Positions 9,400 through 19,772 of a DNA stretch of 64,000 nt are shown in pieces; the first letter of the stretch is position 1; every line of letters begins with the position of its first letter. The position numbers were made by a program, and so were the translations under genes. A model generated the notes under the pieces. It saw only the letters and a list, made by a program, of their open reading frames with translations. It had not been told where the DNA came from and made no database searches. The stretch spans positions 56,476 through 120,475 of the forward strand of contig JACQON010000028.1 of the NCBI GenBank assembly GCA_016202545.1, given 5' to 3'. Source of the DNA: Chloroflexota bacterium (GTDB taxonomy: Bacteria; Chloroflexota; Dehalococcoidia; Dehalococcoidales; JACQON01).

Positions 9400-12096
9400 T
9401 CACAGAGGCTGCCATTTCCCCAGGGAAAAGAGCCTGGGAAAGAGGGCTTTGCGGGCTTCCTCGATGGTAAACAGCGCGCCGCTGGCGAGAAGTACAATGC
9501 CCCATTCGGCGATGCTCAGAGGCGCGGTGCGGAACGCTATTTGAAGGAAGGGCACATAGATGACTGCCATTTGCAGCGAGATGGCCAGCGTGATAGAGCC
9601 TATCAGCCAGCGGTTGCGGAAAACGCCCAGCTTAAAGACGGTGTGCTCATCGGAGCGGGCGTTAAAGGCGCGGAACCACTCAAAGGCGACCATGGAGCAA
9701 AAGGCGAGGGTGCGGGCCTCATCCAGGTCCATCCTCGGCTGCGCCCAGTTAAACACCGTGTATACGCCGACGCCCATCAATGTGGCCATGAAGACAATGC
9801 GAATAGTCAGACCGGGAAAGATGAGGCCTACCCTGGGGTGGCGGGGAGGCTGCTTGAGTTCAGCGCCGGATTTCGGCTCAAGGCCGAGGGGGATTCCGCA
9901 AGCCGTATCCGTGACCAGGTTGACCCAGATAATCTGGACCGCCAGCAGCGGTGCGCTACCAACGAACAGGATGGCAAAGATTAGCGCCAGCAGCTCTCCC
10001 AGGTTGGTGCTCAGCAGGAAGAAGATGACATTGCGCAGCCGGTTAAAAATCGCCCTGCCTTCATCCACCGCTGTCACCACGGAGGCGAAATTATCATCGG
10101 CCAGGACCATATCACTGGCCTCCTTGGCCACGTCAGTGCCGGTGATGCCCATGGCAATGCCGATGTTGGCCGCTTTAAGTGCCGGGGCGTCATTAACTCC
10201 GTCCCCGGTCATGGCGACGATGTGCCCGCGCTTCTTGAAGGCGTCAACTATTCTCAACTTGTGCAATGGCTCAATGCGAGCGAAAACGGATATATCTTCA
10301 ATCTGGCGCGATAACTCCTCATCGCTCATCGCTTGAAGCTCGCCGCCGGTTACGGCCTTGCCTGGTGGTAGACCTAGCTGTCTGGCAATAGATTCGGCTG
10401 TCGCCTGGTGGTCGCCGGTAATCATGGCTACTCTTATACCGGCCTGCTGGCACAGCTTTATTGCTTCCTTAGCATCTTCACGGGGCGGGTCTTCCATTCC
10501 TGCCAGACCGACAAAGACCAGATTGCCCCTGATATGCTCGTCTTCCAGGTCTTCCATATCGGCTGGAAGTTCAGCGTAGGCGGTGGCGATGACTCTCATT
10601 GCCTCTTTGGCGATTGAGGCATTAGCTTGCAGGATGTCATCGAAGTCAGTTCGCTCCATCAGGGCGGGGCCGCTTCCTTTGAGGATGTACCTGCTCAGCG
10701 CCAGCAACCGCTCAGTTGCTCCCTTGACATAAACAACTCTTCCACCGCCGTCTCCGGGGTGAAGGGTGGCCATATATTGCTTTTCGCTCTGGAAGGGGAT
10801 TTCGTCCAGGCGGGGGAAGGTTTTCTCCAGGCTCTCCTTGTTCATGCCTGCCTTGGCGGCGGCCACCACCAGCGCGCCTTCTGTGGGGTCTCCGTATATG
10901 CTGCAGAAGTCGTCCTCGCAGGAGAGCAGGGCATCATTGCACAGGGCGCCTATTCTCAAGTGCAGTCTCAGCAGGTGGTCAGCATCGGGGTGCAGCGCCT
11001 GGCCGTTGAGGTGGAATTTGCCTTCAGGATGATAGCCTTCGCCGGTGACATCGATGAACTGTCCATCCACATAGAGCCGCCGCACCGTCATCTGGTTCAA
11101 GGTCAGCGTGCCGGTCTTATCCGAGCATATGACGGTGGCTGACCCCAGTGTCTCTACTGCCGCCAGCTTGCGAATGATAGCGTTATGGCGGGCCATTATC
11201 TGCATGCCTATGGCCAGGACCACGGTAACCACCGCCGGCAGCCCCTCAGGTATGGCAGATGCTGAAGCGGCTACCGCCACCAGGAATATCTCCAGCCAGT
11301 CCAGTTCTCTAATAAGCCCGACGGCTATCATGGCGCTGACCACGCTGAGGACAGCGATAATGATATAGCGGCTCAGCCTGGCGATACTTTTCTGGAGGGG
11401 CGTCCTTTCCGGCTTTACCGTTTGTATGGCGGTGGCGATTTTGCCTATCTCGGTCGACATGCCAGTGCTTACCGTCATGGCCGCAGCCTTGCCATAAGTG
11501 ACCACCGTTCCCATGTAGACCATGTTCTTACGCTCTGCCACGGGCAGCTCACCGCTGATAGATTTGGTGTGCTTGTCTACCGGGACGGATTCACCGGTGA
11601 GAGAGGCTTCATTCACCTTGAGGTTGGATTCTTCCATCAGCCTGGCATCCGCCGGCACCTTGTCTCCGGTTTCCAGGAGAAATATATCGCCGGGCACAAT
11701 TTCTTTTGACGGGAACAGCTTCACTTTTCCGTTGCGTCTCACCCTTGCCCTGGGTGCCGCCATCTGCATCAGCGCTTCCATGGCTGTCTCGGCCCGGGTT
11801 TCCTGGATAAACCCGATGGCGGCGTTGAGCAGGAGCACCCCGAATATCACCCCGGCGTCAATAAAGTGCTTCAAGACGAGTGAAATCGTGGCGGCGGCGA
11901 GGAGCACGTATATCAGGGGGCTGAGAAACTGTTTGAAGAAGACCAGCGCCGGCGGCGTCTTTTTCTGGCGCTTCAGCTCATTGGGGCCGTACTGAGCCAG
12001 CCTTGCCCTGGCTTCGCTCTCGGTCAGTCCGGAGCGCTGTGAGTTGAGGATGCGCACGGCTTCATCCTGGCTGAGATTGTAGAACTGGCTTTCCAT
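9400..12096 (-). CDS. P-type (P2A, Ca2+-like) cation-transporting ATPase
   Basis: TGES, PEGL, DKTGT, TGDGVNDAPAL motifs. Confidence 0.95.
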   Translation of the reverse strand: MESQFYNLSQDEAVRILNSQRSGLTESEARARLAQYGPNELKRQKKTPPALVFFKQFLSPLIYVLLAAATISLVLKHFIDAGVIFGVLLLNAAIGFIQETRAETAMEALMQMAAPRARVRRNGKVKLFPSKEIVPGDIFLLETGDKVPADARLMEESNLKVNEASLTGESVPVDKHTKSISGELPVAERKNMVYMGTVVTYGKAAAMTVSTGMSTEIGKIATAIQTVKPERTPLQKSIARLSRYIIIAVLSVVSAMIAVGLIRELDWLEIFLVAVAASASAIPEGLPAVVTVVLAIGMQIMARHNAIIRKLAAVETLGSATVICSDKTGTLTLNQMTVRRLYVDGQFIDVTGEGYHPEGKFHLNGQALHPDADHLLRLHLRIGALCNDALLSCEDDFCSIYGDPTEGALVVAAAKAGMNKESLEKTFPRLDEIPFQSEKQYMATLHPGDGGGRVVYVKGATERLLALSRYILKGSGPALMERTDFDDILQANASIAKEAMRVIATAYAELPADMEDLEDEHIRGNLVFVGLAGMEDPPREDAKEAIKLCQQAGIRVAMITGDHQATAESIARQLGLPPGKAVTGGELQAMSDEELSRQIEDISVFARIEPLHKLRIVDAFKKRGHIVAMTGDGVNDAPALKAANIGIAMGITGTDVAKEASDMVLADDNFASVVTAVDEGRAIFNRLRNVIFFLLSTNLGELLALIFAILFVGSAPLLAVQIIWVNLVTDTACGIPLGLEPKSGAELKQPPRHPRVGLIFPGLTIRIVFMATLMGVGVYTVFNWAQPRMDLDEARTLAFCSMVAFEWFRAFNARSDEHTVFKLGVFRNRWLIGSITLAISLQMAVIYVPFLQIAFRTAPLSIAEWGIVLLASGALFTIEEARKALFPRLFSLGKWQPL

Positions 12097-12170
12097 GTCT
12101 TCTTCTTAGAGTATAGCATAGTGTTTTACAGGGAAAACCGCTAGATAGAGGCTATCCCGAAATGTCCTTT

Positions 12171-12320
12171 GAGATTGTTTACGAACGCTGGTCATTGCGA
12201 GGGCTTCAGCCTTCAGGCCGAGCTTCAGTCCGAGGCCCGAGTTCAGCGTTCGACTGAGCTCACGCCGAAGTCCCGAGGGCGAAAGCCCGAAGCAATGACA
12301 GAGTGTTACTAAACGACCAC
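12171..12320. mobile_element. MITE/REP-like composite element, family A (internally deleted copy)
   Basis: About 125 bp near-identical to 39362-39486; right end matches 57042-57070. Confidence 0.8.
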
Positions 12321-12332
12321 TACCGCACGTGT

Positions 12333-12362
12333 TTGACCTGCTTCGTGGTGGTTCTCTATAAT
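12333..12362 (+). promoter_or_regulatory. Putative sigma70 promoter of mnmA
   Basis: TTGACC-18 bp-TATAAT. Confidence 0.55.
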
Positions 12363-12415
12363 GCTGATGAGAACATGGCTATTTCAGGGAATGTGAGCCT
12401 ATCGGGGGGAGGACT

Positions 12416-13492
12416 ATGGCCAGGGTGATGGTAGGTATGAGTGGTGGGGTGGATTCATCGGTGGCTGCCGCCATGCTCCAGGAGGAGGGCCATCAGGTCA
12501 TCGGGGTGACGATGAGGATATGGAATGGCGCAGGCTCGTTAAAGGAAGGAGTGCGTCACGGTTGCTGTGGGCCAGGCGAAGAGGAGGATGTGGAGGATGC
12601 CCGGGTGGTAGCCCGGGCACTGGGCATTGACTTCCATGTCCTCGACCTCAGGCAGGAGTACCTGGCCGAAGTCCTGGACTACCTTCGCCGTGAATATGTA
12701 TCGGGCAGGACGCCTAACCCGTGCGTCAGGTGCAACCGCACCGTTAAGTTTGGAGCGCTGCTCAGGAAAGCTCGTGATAGCGGAATCGATTTCGACTATT
12801 TTGCTACCGGGCATTATGCCAGGGTGGAGTATGACCGGGCCCGTGGGCGCTACTTGCTTAAGAGGGCCAGGGACTTCGGCAAAGACCAGACCTATTTCCT
12901 CTACGCGCTGTCGCAGGAGCAGCTTGGATGCCTGCTCTTTCCCCTCGGAGATTATACCAAGGAAGAGGTGCGGCGGATGGCTTCTGAGTTCGGGCTAAGC
13001 GTTGCCGCCAAGCTGGAGAGCCAGGACTTCATCGCCGGAGGCTATTCTTTGCTCATGGGGACGGCGCCGGCCGGGCCGATACTGGACAGGCGTGGGGAAG
13101 TCCTGGGAGAGCACCGTGGGATTCCATTTTATACCATCGGGCAGCGCCGAGGCCTGGGCATTTCAGCCGGGGGGCCGGCGTATGTCGTCGCCATTGACCG
13201 TGACAGGAACGCCATCGTCGTAGGCGGCAAGGAAGACCTGTACCAGGACGAGCTTACTGCGTCTGACTTAAACTGGATAGCCATAGAGGAGGTAAGTCAC
13301 CCCATCAAGGTCAGTGCCAGGATAAGATACCGCCACAGGGAGGACGAGGCGATGGTAGTGCCCCTGGGCGATGGCAAAGTACGGGTGAAGTTCGCCCAGC
13401 CGCAGATGGCAATCGCCCCGGGCCAGTCGATAGTCTTTTACGATGGGGCAATCGTGGTTGGCGGCGGGACGATAGAGCGGGCGGGGCAGTGA
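12416..13492 (+). CDS. mnmA: tRNA 2-thiouridine(34) synthase
   Basis: SGGVDS, TPNPCVRCN, ATGHYA, KDQTYFL, TIGQRRG, APGQ. Confidence 0.95.
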   Translation: MARVMVGMSGGVDSSVAAAMLQEEGHQVIGVTMRIWNGAGSLKEGVRHGCCGPGEEEDVEDARVVARALGIDFHVLDLRQEYLAEVLDYLRREYVSGRTPNPCVRCNRTVKFGALLRKARDSGIDFDYFATGHYARVEYDRARGRYLLKRARDFGKDQTYFLYALSQEQLGCLLFPLGDYTKEEVRRMASEFGLSVAAKLESQDFIAGGYSLLMGTAPAGPILDRRGEVLGEHRGIPFYTIGQRRGLGISAGGPAYVVAIDRDRNAIVVGGKEDLYQDELTASDLNWIAIEEVSHPIKVSARIRYRHREDEAMVVPLGDGKVRVKFAQPQMAIAPGQSIVFYDGAIVVGGGTIERAGQ

Positions 13493-13584
13493 TAGCAGGT
13501 GGCGGCTTCTTTTATTTGCGCGGCGATTTTGCTATTATAGTGGCAATTGCTCCGGACAATCGCAGTCTTTTTCGGATTTGAAAG

Positions 13585-14937
13585 ATGGTATTGAGCCAGG
13601 TCCTTGCCGTTGCGATTTTCGCCATAATGTTCGTTAGCATCATAATCGGCAAGGTGCACCGCTACATTCCGGCAGTCATCGGCGGCGCCCTTTCCCTGAT
13701 AGTCGTCTTTATCATCGTCTTGAGAAGCCCGGCTATGGTCCTCGATGTTTTGAACCTGGAGCAGCTCGGGCAACTTACGTTCTGGATACCGGGAGAGGAG
13801 CACATAAACTCCTACGGGGTGAACTGGCAGACCATCATATTTATCGGCGGCATGATGGTCATGGTAGAGGGCCTGGGTGAGGTGGGGTTCTTCCGCTGGA
13901 TGTGCTATCTGGCGGCTAAAATGGTCAGGTACCGGGTTATCCCTATCCTGTTCACCTTTATGTTGCTCTCCGGCTTCCTGTCCATGTTTATCGATAGTAT
14001 CACCGTATTGTTGTTTCTCACCTCGGTGATTATTGAGCTGGCCAGACTGCTCAAGTTTGACCCGGTGCCGATGATAATCGCCATGATATTCGCCGCCAAT
14101 ACCGGCGGCGCCGCTACCATGAGCGGTGACCCGCCCAACATAATCATCGGCACCGCCCTGGGCTACACCTTTGTTGACTTCGCTGCTAATACCGGTCCCA
14201 TCGCCTGGGCGGGGATGCTGTTGACCCTGGGATTCTTTTATCTGGTGTTCCGCAAGAGCCTGGCCTCTCCACGTGGCGAAGCGGTGACCAATCACTACCC
14301 TGAACCGAAAGAGGCCATTACCAATCCCCGCCTGTTTAAGATAAATACCGCTATCTTCATCCTGGTGATAATACTGCTGGTCACCCATGCCGAGACCGGC
14401 ATTTCGGTAGCTTTGATAGGCGTTATCGCCGCCGCACTCACTCTGGCTGTTGCCTGGAAGGGGGCGACGGGTCTTCTCAACAGGGTGGACTGGCGCACCC
14501 TGCTCTTCTTTCTTGGGCTGTTCGTCTCCGTGGCCGGGTTGGAGGGGACCGGGGTGCTGGAGATACTGGCAAGGTATATCGCCGAGGTGTCCGGCGGGAA
14601 CATGGCGGTGGTGATACCCCTGATTTTATGGGTTTCCGCCTTTTCCTCGGCTATAGTGGACAACATCCCCTTTGCCGCCACCATGATTCCAGTGATAAAG
14701 AGCCTGTCTGAGATGGCCGGGTTGCCGCTGTCGCCGCTGGCGTGGACGCTGGCCCTGGGCACCGATATCGGCGGTAACGCTACGCCCATCGGGGCCTCGG
14801 CCAACGTGGTGGGCACGGCCATCGCCGAGAGAGAGGGCTACCCTATCGGCTGGGGGAAGTTCTTGAAGTATGCTTTGCCGGCTATGATTATGGTGGTCGC
14901 CTTGTGCTGGCTGCTGCTGGTGCTGAGATATGCTTGA
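13585..14937 (+). CDS. ArsB/NhaD/SLC13-family anion transporter
   Basis: Multiple TM helices, 'ANTGGAATMSGDPPN', 'GGNATPIGASAN'. Confidence 0.88.
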   Translation: MVLSQVLAVAIFAIMFVSIIIGKVHRYIPAVIGGALSLIVVFIIVLRSPAMVLDVLNLEQLGQLTFWIPGEEHINSYGVNWQTIIFIGGMMVMVEGLGEVGFFRWMCYLAAKMVRYRVIPILFTFMLLSGFLSMFIDSITVLLFLTSVIIELARLLKFDPVPMIIAMIFAANTGGAATMSGDPPNIIIGTALGYTFVDFAANTGPIAWAGMLLTLGFFYLVFRKSLASPRGEAVTNHYPEPKEAITNPRLFKINTAIFILVIILLVTHAETGISVALIGVIAAALTLAVAWKGATGLLNRVDWRTLLFFLGLFVSVAGLEGTGVLEILARYIAEVSGGNMAVVIPLILWVSAFSSAIVDNIPFAATMIPVIKSLSEMAGLPLSPLAWTLALGTDIGGNATPIGASANVVGTAIAEREGYPIGWGKFLKYALPAMIMVVALCWLLLVLRYA

Positions 14938-14984
14938 CCGATGCCGGACCTGGGTGAGTTGTCCCCAGGCAGGGAGGTGGGAAG

Positions 14985-15857
14985 ATGTTTGAAACAATCC
15001 TGGTGCCTCTGGATGGTTCAGAGCCGGCCAGGCAGGTCATTCCCTACGTGATTGAGATGGCCAGGTCTTTTGGCTCCGAAGTAGTCCTGCTTGGGGTCTG
15101 TGAGTTAGACAAAATTGACGATATGCAGGCCTATAAGCGGTACCTGGAGAACGAGGCGGAGCGGCTGAGGAAGCAACTGAAAGGTACCGGCGGTGTCAGG
15201 GTGGTTGAGGTGGTGGGTGGGGCCGCCGAGCAAATACTGGACTGTGCCAGGAAGTATAGCGTCAATCTCATTATGCTCTCGTCTCACGGGTGCTCCGGCA
15301 TCGCTCCCTGGGCGCTTGGCAGCACCGCGCAGCGGGTGCTCCAGAAGACTGCCATCCCGCTGATGATTATCAGGGCCAGGGAAACCCTGCCGAAGACAGG
15401 CAGAGCCCGGCTGTTCCGCCGCATCCTGGCGCCGTTAGACGGCTCGGAGAGGGGAGAGGCGGTGTTGCCCTACGTGACAGAGCTGGCCAGGAAGCTGAAG
15501 TCCGAGCTTATCCTCATGCAGGTGGCGGAGCCGGGGCGGTATGTTCATTCCATCCGCGGGCTGGAGTACGTTCCCTTCAAAGACCGGGATACGGACGAGA
15601 TGAAGGCGCGTGCCCAAAGGTATCTTGACGGGGTGGGCTCCACAGTGGCCGGCACCGGTGTGGCGGTGAGGTCAGAGGTCAGGTCTGGTGACTGTGCCAG
15701 GGAGATAATCAAATTTGCCGGCGAAATGGACTGCTGTCTTATCGCCATGGCCAGCCACGGGCATTCGGGAGTTTATGCCTGGGTTTATGGCAGCGTCACC
15801 TGTAAGGTGTTGGAGGCTAGCAAGCAACCGCTGCTGGTGGTTAAGCCAGCGCAGTGA
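14985..15857 (+). CDS. Tandem universal stress protein
   Basis: Two USP domains ('ILVPLDGS', 'SHG.SG...GS'). Confidence 0.9.
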   Translation: MFETILVPLDGSEPARQVIPYVIEMARSFGSEVVLLGVCELDKIDDMQAYKRYLENEAERLRKQLKGTGGVRVVEVVGGAAEQILDCARKYSVNLIMLSSHGCSGIAPWALGSTAQRVLQKTAIPLMIIRARETLPKTGRARLFRRILAPLDGSERGEAVLPYVTELARKLKSELILMQVAEPGRYVHSIRGLEYVPFKDRDTDEMKARAQRYLDGVGSTVAGTGVAVRSEVRSGDCAREIIKFAGEMDCCLIAMASHGHSGVYAWVYGSVTCKVLEASKQPLLVVKPAQ

Positions 15858-15959
15858 AGGTACCACAGTGCTATTTGCATCGTGGCTGAGGACAAGGTAT
15901 CATGTTAAGCATAGGCAGGTCTGTTCAGATAAGCCAACGGGCGAGAAGGCGAAGGTGAC

Positions 15960-16598
15960 ATGTTAATAAGGGACATCATGACCACGAAGGTGGTCACAGC
16001 GCCGAGTCATACTCCCATCAACGATGCCAGGAAAATCATGAAGGAAGGTAATTTTCGCCGTCTGCCGGTGGTGGACAACGGTAAGCTGGTAGGCGTGGTC
16101 ACCGAGGACAGGCTGGAGCGGGTTGCCCCGAAGACCGGTGCCCCGGTCCTGTGGCAGATTAGTTATCTGGTATCCCATACCACGTTGAGGGATGTCATGG
16201 CCAAGAAGGTGGTGACCATCAAGCCCGACGCCACAGTTGAGCAGGGTGTTGCCCTGGCTCAGCGTACCAGGGTGGGGTCGCTGGTGGTAGTGGAGAAGGG
16301 CAAGGTGGTGGGGATTGTCACCACCAACGATTTTTTCTACCGGATTGTAAACCCTACCCTGGGTGTGGGGGAGCCTGGCATCAGGCTTATCGTGGTTGGG
16401 GGAGGAGATGGTAAGGACGCGGAAGCGGTCATCGGCTGTATCAACCGGCTGGGCATCGGGATAAAGCTGATATGGACGTTGCCTCCTTCCGGTGCCAGCA
16501 AGAAAGATATCATCGTCCAACTGGATACTGAAGATGCCACCGCAATCATCGGCGCACTGGAGAAGCTGGGTTACTCAGTCGGGATAAGGGCCCGCTAG
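15960..16598 (+). CDS. CBS-pair plus ACT domain protein (AcuB-like)
   Basis: Two CBS repeats and a C-terminal ACT-like fold. Confidence 0.85.
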   Translation: MLIRDIMTTKVVTAPSHTPINDARKIMKEGNFRRLPVVDNGKLVGVVTEDRLERVAPKTGAPVLWQISYLVSHTTLRDVMAKKVVTIKPDATVEQGVALAQRTRVGSLVVVEKGKVVGIVTTNDFFYRIVNPTLGVGEPGIRLIVVGGGDGKDAEAVIGCINRLGIGIKLIWTLPPSGASKKDIIVQLDTEDATAIIGALEKLGYSVGIRAR

Positions 16599-16676
16599 TG
16601 ACCATGGTTCCCCGGCGCGCCGGTTCAAATTGCTCAACTGGTGGTCACTTTTTCGCCACAACGTGTCCAATCTGGT

Positions 16677-16706
16677 TTGCCTTGCAGCTTGAGGATAGGT
16701 TATAAT
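16677..16706 (+). promoter_or_regulatory. Putative sigma70 promoter of tRNA-Arg/por
   Basis: TTGCCT-18 bp-TATAAT, 6 bp before the tRNA. Confidence 0.55.
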
Positions 16707-16712
16707 TAATTG

Positions 16713-16785
16713 GCCCCTGTAGCTCAGGCGGATAGAGCACCAGCCTCCGAAGCTGGTTGCGAGCGTTCGAGTCGCTCCAGGGGCG
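16713..16785 (+). tRNA. tRNA-Arg(CCG), CCA not encoded
   Basis: Acceptor GCCCCTG/CAGGGGC, anticodon arm CCAGC-CTCCGAA-GCTGG, T-loop GTTCGAG. Confidence 0.95.
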
Positions 16786-16807
16786 CTAAGTGTGGTTGGA
16801 GGCCAGG

Positions 16808-17377
16808 ATGATTGGCATGGATGCTCTTATTGAGATTAGATGGCATGGCCGTGGTGGGCAGGGAGCGGTAACCTCCGCTGAACTGCTGGCACAGGCGGCA
16901 ATAAGCGAGGGCAAGTACGCTCACGCCTTCCCCAGCTTTGGGCCGGAACGGAGAGGGGCCCCCGTTTTGGCCTTCGTCCGGGTGAGCAAGAACGAGCCTA
17001 TCAGGATAAGGGCTGAAATAACCCAGCCTGATGTGGTGGTGGTGCTCGACCCGGGACTGCTGAGCATTATCAAGGTCACCGCGGGGCTTAAGCCGGGTGG
17101 CATAGCGGTGTTCAACACCAGGAAGTCGGCAGGGCAGCTCAGGCAGGAGCTGGGCATCAGCACGGCGCTGGCAACCGTGGATGCTACCAGAATTGCCCGA
17201 GAAGTGCTGGGCGTGCCGATTACCAATACCACCATGGTGGGTGCTCTGATAAGAGCTACCGGGGTGGTCGACCTGGAGTCCCTGACAGCACCGATAACGC
17301 GGCGCTTCGGCCGGCTGGCGGAAAGGAACATCAACGCTATGAAGAGGGCCTACGAAGAGACTGTGATAGAGGGGTGA
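16808..17377 (+). CDS. porC: Pyruvate/2-oxoacid:ferredoxin oxidoreductase gamma subunit
   Basis: 'EIRWHGRGGQG', 'FGPERRGAP'. Confidence 0.92.
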   Translation: MIGMDALIEIRWHGRGGQGAVTSAELLAQAAISEGKYAHAFPSFGPERRGAPVLAFVRVSKNEPIRIRAEITQPDVVVVLDPGLLSIIKVTAGLKPGGIAVFNTRKSAGQLRQELGISTALATVDATRIAREVLGVPITNTTMVGALIRATGVVDLESLTAPITRRFGRLAERNINAMKRAYEETVIEG

Positions 17378-17382
17378 GATAG

Positions 17383-17676
17383 TTGGTCAAATCGGAAAGT
17401 GAAATGACCTGGAAAGACCTTGAAGTCGGCTGTATAGCCACTGAGCCGGGGAGTGCCCGCCGGTATCGCACCGGCGACTGGCGTTCCCAGCGGCCGACCT
17501 ATGAGTTCAGAAAGTGCATAAAGTGCGCCCTGTGCCAGATATTCTGCCCCGAGGGGTGCATCAACCAGAATGCCGAGGGGTATTTTGAAGCTGATTTATA
17601 TTACTGCAAGGGCTGCGGTATTTGCGCCAGGGAGTGCCCGACAGGGGTGATAACCATGGTTGAGGAGAAAGAATAA
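17383..17676 (+). CDS. porD: Pyruvate/2-oxoacid:ferredoxin oxidoreductase delta subunit
   Basis: 'TGDWR', two CxxCxxCxxxCP motifs. Confidence 0.92.
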   Translation: MVKSESEMTWKDLEVGCIATEPGSARRYRTGDWRSQRPTYEFRKCIKCALCQIFCPEGCINQNAEGYFEADLYYCKGCGICARECPTGVITMVEEKE

Positions 17677-18851
17677 TGGCAATCAAGGTGGGAATGGAGG
17701 TGTCGGTGGCAATGGGCGAGATGGTCAAGCTGGCCAGCGCCGATGTTATTGCCGCCTATCCCATTACGCCGCAGACCCATATCGTTGAGCATCTGGCAGA
17801 GCTGGTGGCTGATGGCGAGTTGGACGCCGAATTTATCGCCGTTGAGTCTGAGCATTCGGCCATGAGCGCCTGCCTGGGCTCGGCTGCGGTGGGCGCACGG
17901 ACCTTTACCGCTTCCGCCGGCCAGGGGCTGGAGCTAATGCATGAGGTGCTCTATGTCGCCTCGGCTATGCGGCTGCCTATAGTGATGGCAGTAGCCAACC
18001 GGGCGCTGTCAGCGCCGCTCAGCGTCTGGGGAGACCACTCAGATGTCATGGCGGTCCGCGATACCGGCTGGATTCAGATGTTCACCGAAAACGGCCAGGA
18101 GGTAGTGGACAACACCCTGTGCGCCTTTCGAATTGCTGAGCACCCCAGGGTATTGCTCCCGCTGATGGTCCATCTGGACGGATTTCATCTGTCGCATATG
18201 ATTGAGCCGCTGCTTTTGCCTGAGCAGAGCGAGGTTGACAGGTTTCTGCCGCCTAATAGTTATCCCCTGTCCCTGGACCCCGCCAGGCCGGTGACCATGG
18301 GGGACTTCGCTCCGCCGGTCATCTATACAGAGACAAAATGGGCACAGGAAGTCAACTTGAGGGCGTCCAAGGAAGTCATCCTTGACTGCTGGAAGGAGTT
18401 TGGTGACGCCTTCGGGCGGTATTACTCTCCGGTTGAGAGCTATCACTCTGAGGGTGCCAGGGTGCTCCTGCTGACCATGGGAAGCTTCAGCGAGACCGCC
18501 ATGCTGGCCGTAGACAGCTTGAGAAGCCAGGGCGTGGATGTGGGGCTGGTCAGGCTCCGGTTGTGGCGTCCGTTCCCCTTTGATGAACTGCGCCAGGCGG
18601 TCAAAGAGGCAGAGGTCCTCATTGTGCTGGATAGGGCTCTCTCCGTTGGTGGACCGGGTGGGCCGGTGTGCTCCGAGGTTAAGGCGGCCTTATACCAGGT
18701 TGAACCGAGGCCAAAGGTGGTCAGCTTTGTCGGCGGTCTGGGCGGCAGGGACATAACCGTGAGCGGGTTTGAAGAGATAATAAAGCGGGGCATGGATATT
18801 GCTGAGAAAGGCAGCGCCTCCGAGTTTGAAATGTTTGGGGTGAGAGAGTAA
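17676..18851 (+). CDS. porA: Pyruvate/2-oxoacid:ferredoxin oxidoreductase alpha subunit
   Basis: 'AYPITPQT', 'ESEHSA', 'NRALSAP'. Confidence 0.93.
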   Translation: MAIKVGMEVSVAMGEMVKLASADVIAAYPITPQTHIVEHLAELVADGELDAEFIAVESEHSAMSACLGSAAVGARTFTASAGQGLELMHEVLYVASAMRLPIVMAVANRALSAPLSVWGDHSDVMAVRDTGWIQMFTENGQEVVDNTLCAFRIAEHPRVLLPLMVHLDGFHLSHMIEPLLLPEQSEVDRFLPPNSYPLSLDPARPVTMGDFAPPVIYTETKWAQEVNLRASKEVILDCWKEFGDAFGRYYSPVESYHSEGARVLLLTMGSFSETAMLAVDSLRSQGVDVGLVRLRLWRPFPFDELRQAVKEAEVLIVLDRALSVGGPGGPVCSEVKAALYQVEPRPKVVSFVGGLGGRDITVSGFEEIIKRGMDIAEKGSASEFEMFGVRE

Positions 18852-19772
18852 GTGGACAAGCAGACGGTATATATTCCCAGGTTGGCGTCCACCAAGGAGC
18901 GATTCGCCCCGGGACACCGGGCTTGTATCGGCTGCGGCGAGGCGCTGGCGGTAAGGCTGGTGTGCAAGGCGTTGGGAGATAACGTGATTATCGCCAATGC
19001 TACCGGCTGCATGGAGATAGTCTCATCGCAGCTACCATATACCTCATGGACGGTTCCCTGGATTCACACCCTGTTTGAGAATACGGCCGCGGTGGCTTCC
19101 GGCATGGAGTCTGGACTGAAGGCGATGAACCGCAAGGGGGTAAAATCGCTGCCCGGTGTTAAGGTGGTGGCTATGGCCGGTGACGGCGGGACTTCTGATA
19201 TCGGGCTTCAGGCGCTATCGGGGGCGCTGGAGAGGGGGCATAATTTCCTTTACGTCTGTTTTGACAACGAGGCCTATATGAATACCGGGATTCAGAGGTC
19301 ATCTTCTACTCCCTACGGGGCTTCTACAACCACTTCCCCTGCCGGCAAGGTGAGCGTGGGGAAGTTCAGCTGGAAGAAGAACATGCCCGCCATTGCCGTA
19401 GCCCATAACGTCCCCTATGTCGCTACCGCCAGCCCGAGCTACTTTAAGGACCTGTTCAGCAAGGTGAAAAAGGCGGTGGCCGTCAATGGCCCGGCCTATC
19501 TCCATGTGCTATCGGTGTGCCCGGTCGGCTGGCGTTCTGCTCCTGAGCTAAGCGTCAGGATGGGCCGGCTGGCGGTGCAGACGGGGATGTTCCCGCTGTA
19601 TGAGGTGGAGAACGGCAAATATAAGCTGAGCATGGACCTGCCCAAGCTGAGGCCGGTGGCTGACTATCTCAAGCTGCAGGGAAGGTTCAGGCATCTGACT
19701 CAGGACATGATACAGGAGATTCAGCGCCGTGTAAATGAAGAATACGCCAAGCTCAAGGAGAAGGCAGCATGA
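18852..19772 (+). CDS. porB: Pyruvate/2-oxoacid:ferredoxin oxidoreductase beta subunit
   Basis: 'GHRACIGCG', TPP motif 'GDGG...DNEAYMNTG'. Confidence 0.93.
   Translation: MDKQTVYIPRLASTKERFAPGHRACIGCGEALAVRLVCKALGDNVIIANATGCMEIVSSQLPYTSWTVPWIHTLFENTAAVASGMESGLKAMNRKGVKSLPGVKVVAMAGDGGTSDIGLQALSGALERGHNFLYVCFDNEAYMNTGIQRSSSTPYGASTTTSPAGKVSVGKFSWKKNMPAIAVAHNVPYVATASPSYFKDLFSKVKKAVAVNGPAYLHVLSVCPVGWRSAPELSVRMGRLAVQTGMFPLYEVENGKYKLSMDLPKLRPVADYLKLQGRFRHLTQDMIQEIQRRVNEEYAKLKEKAA

Noticed and set aside
12171-12320. CCGAG/TTCAG short repeats as a possible CRISPR array
   Set aside because: No constant repeat with unique spacers and no cas genes; part of a dispersed element
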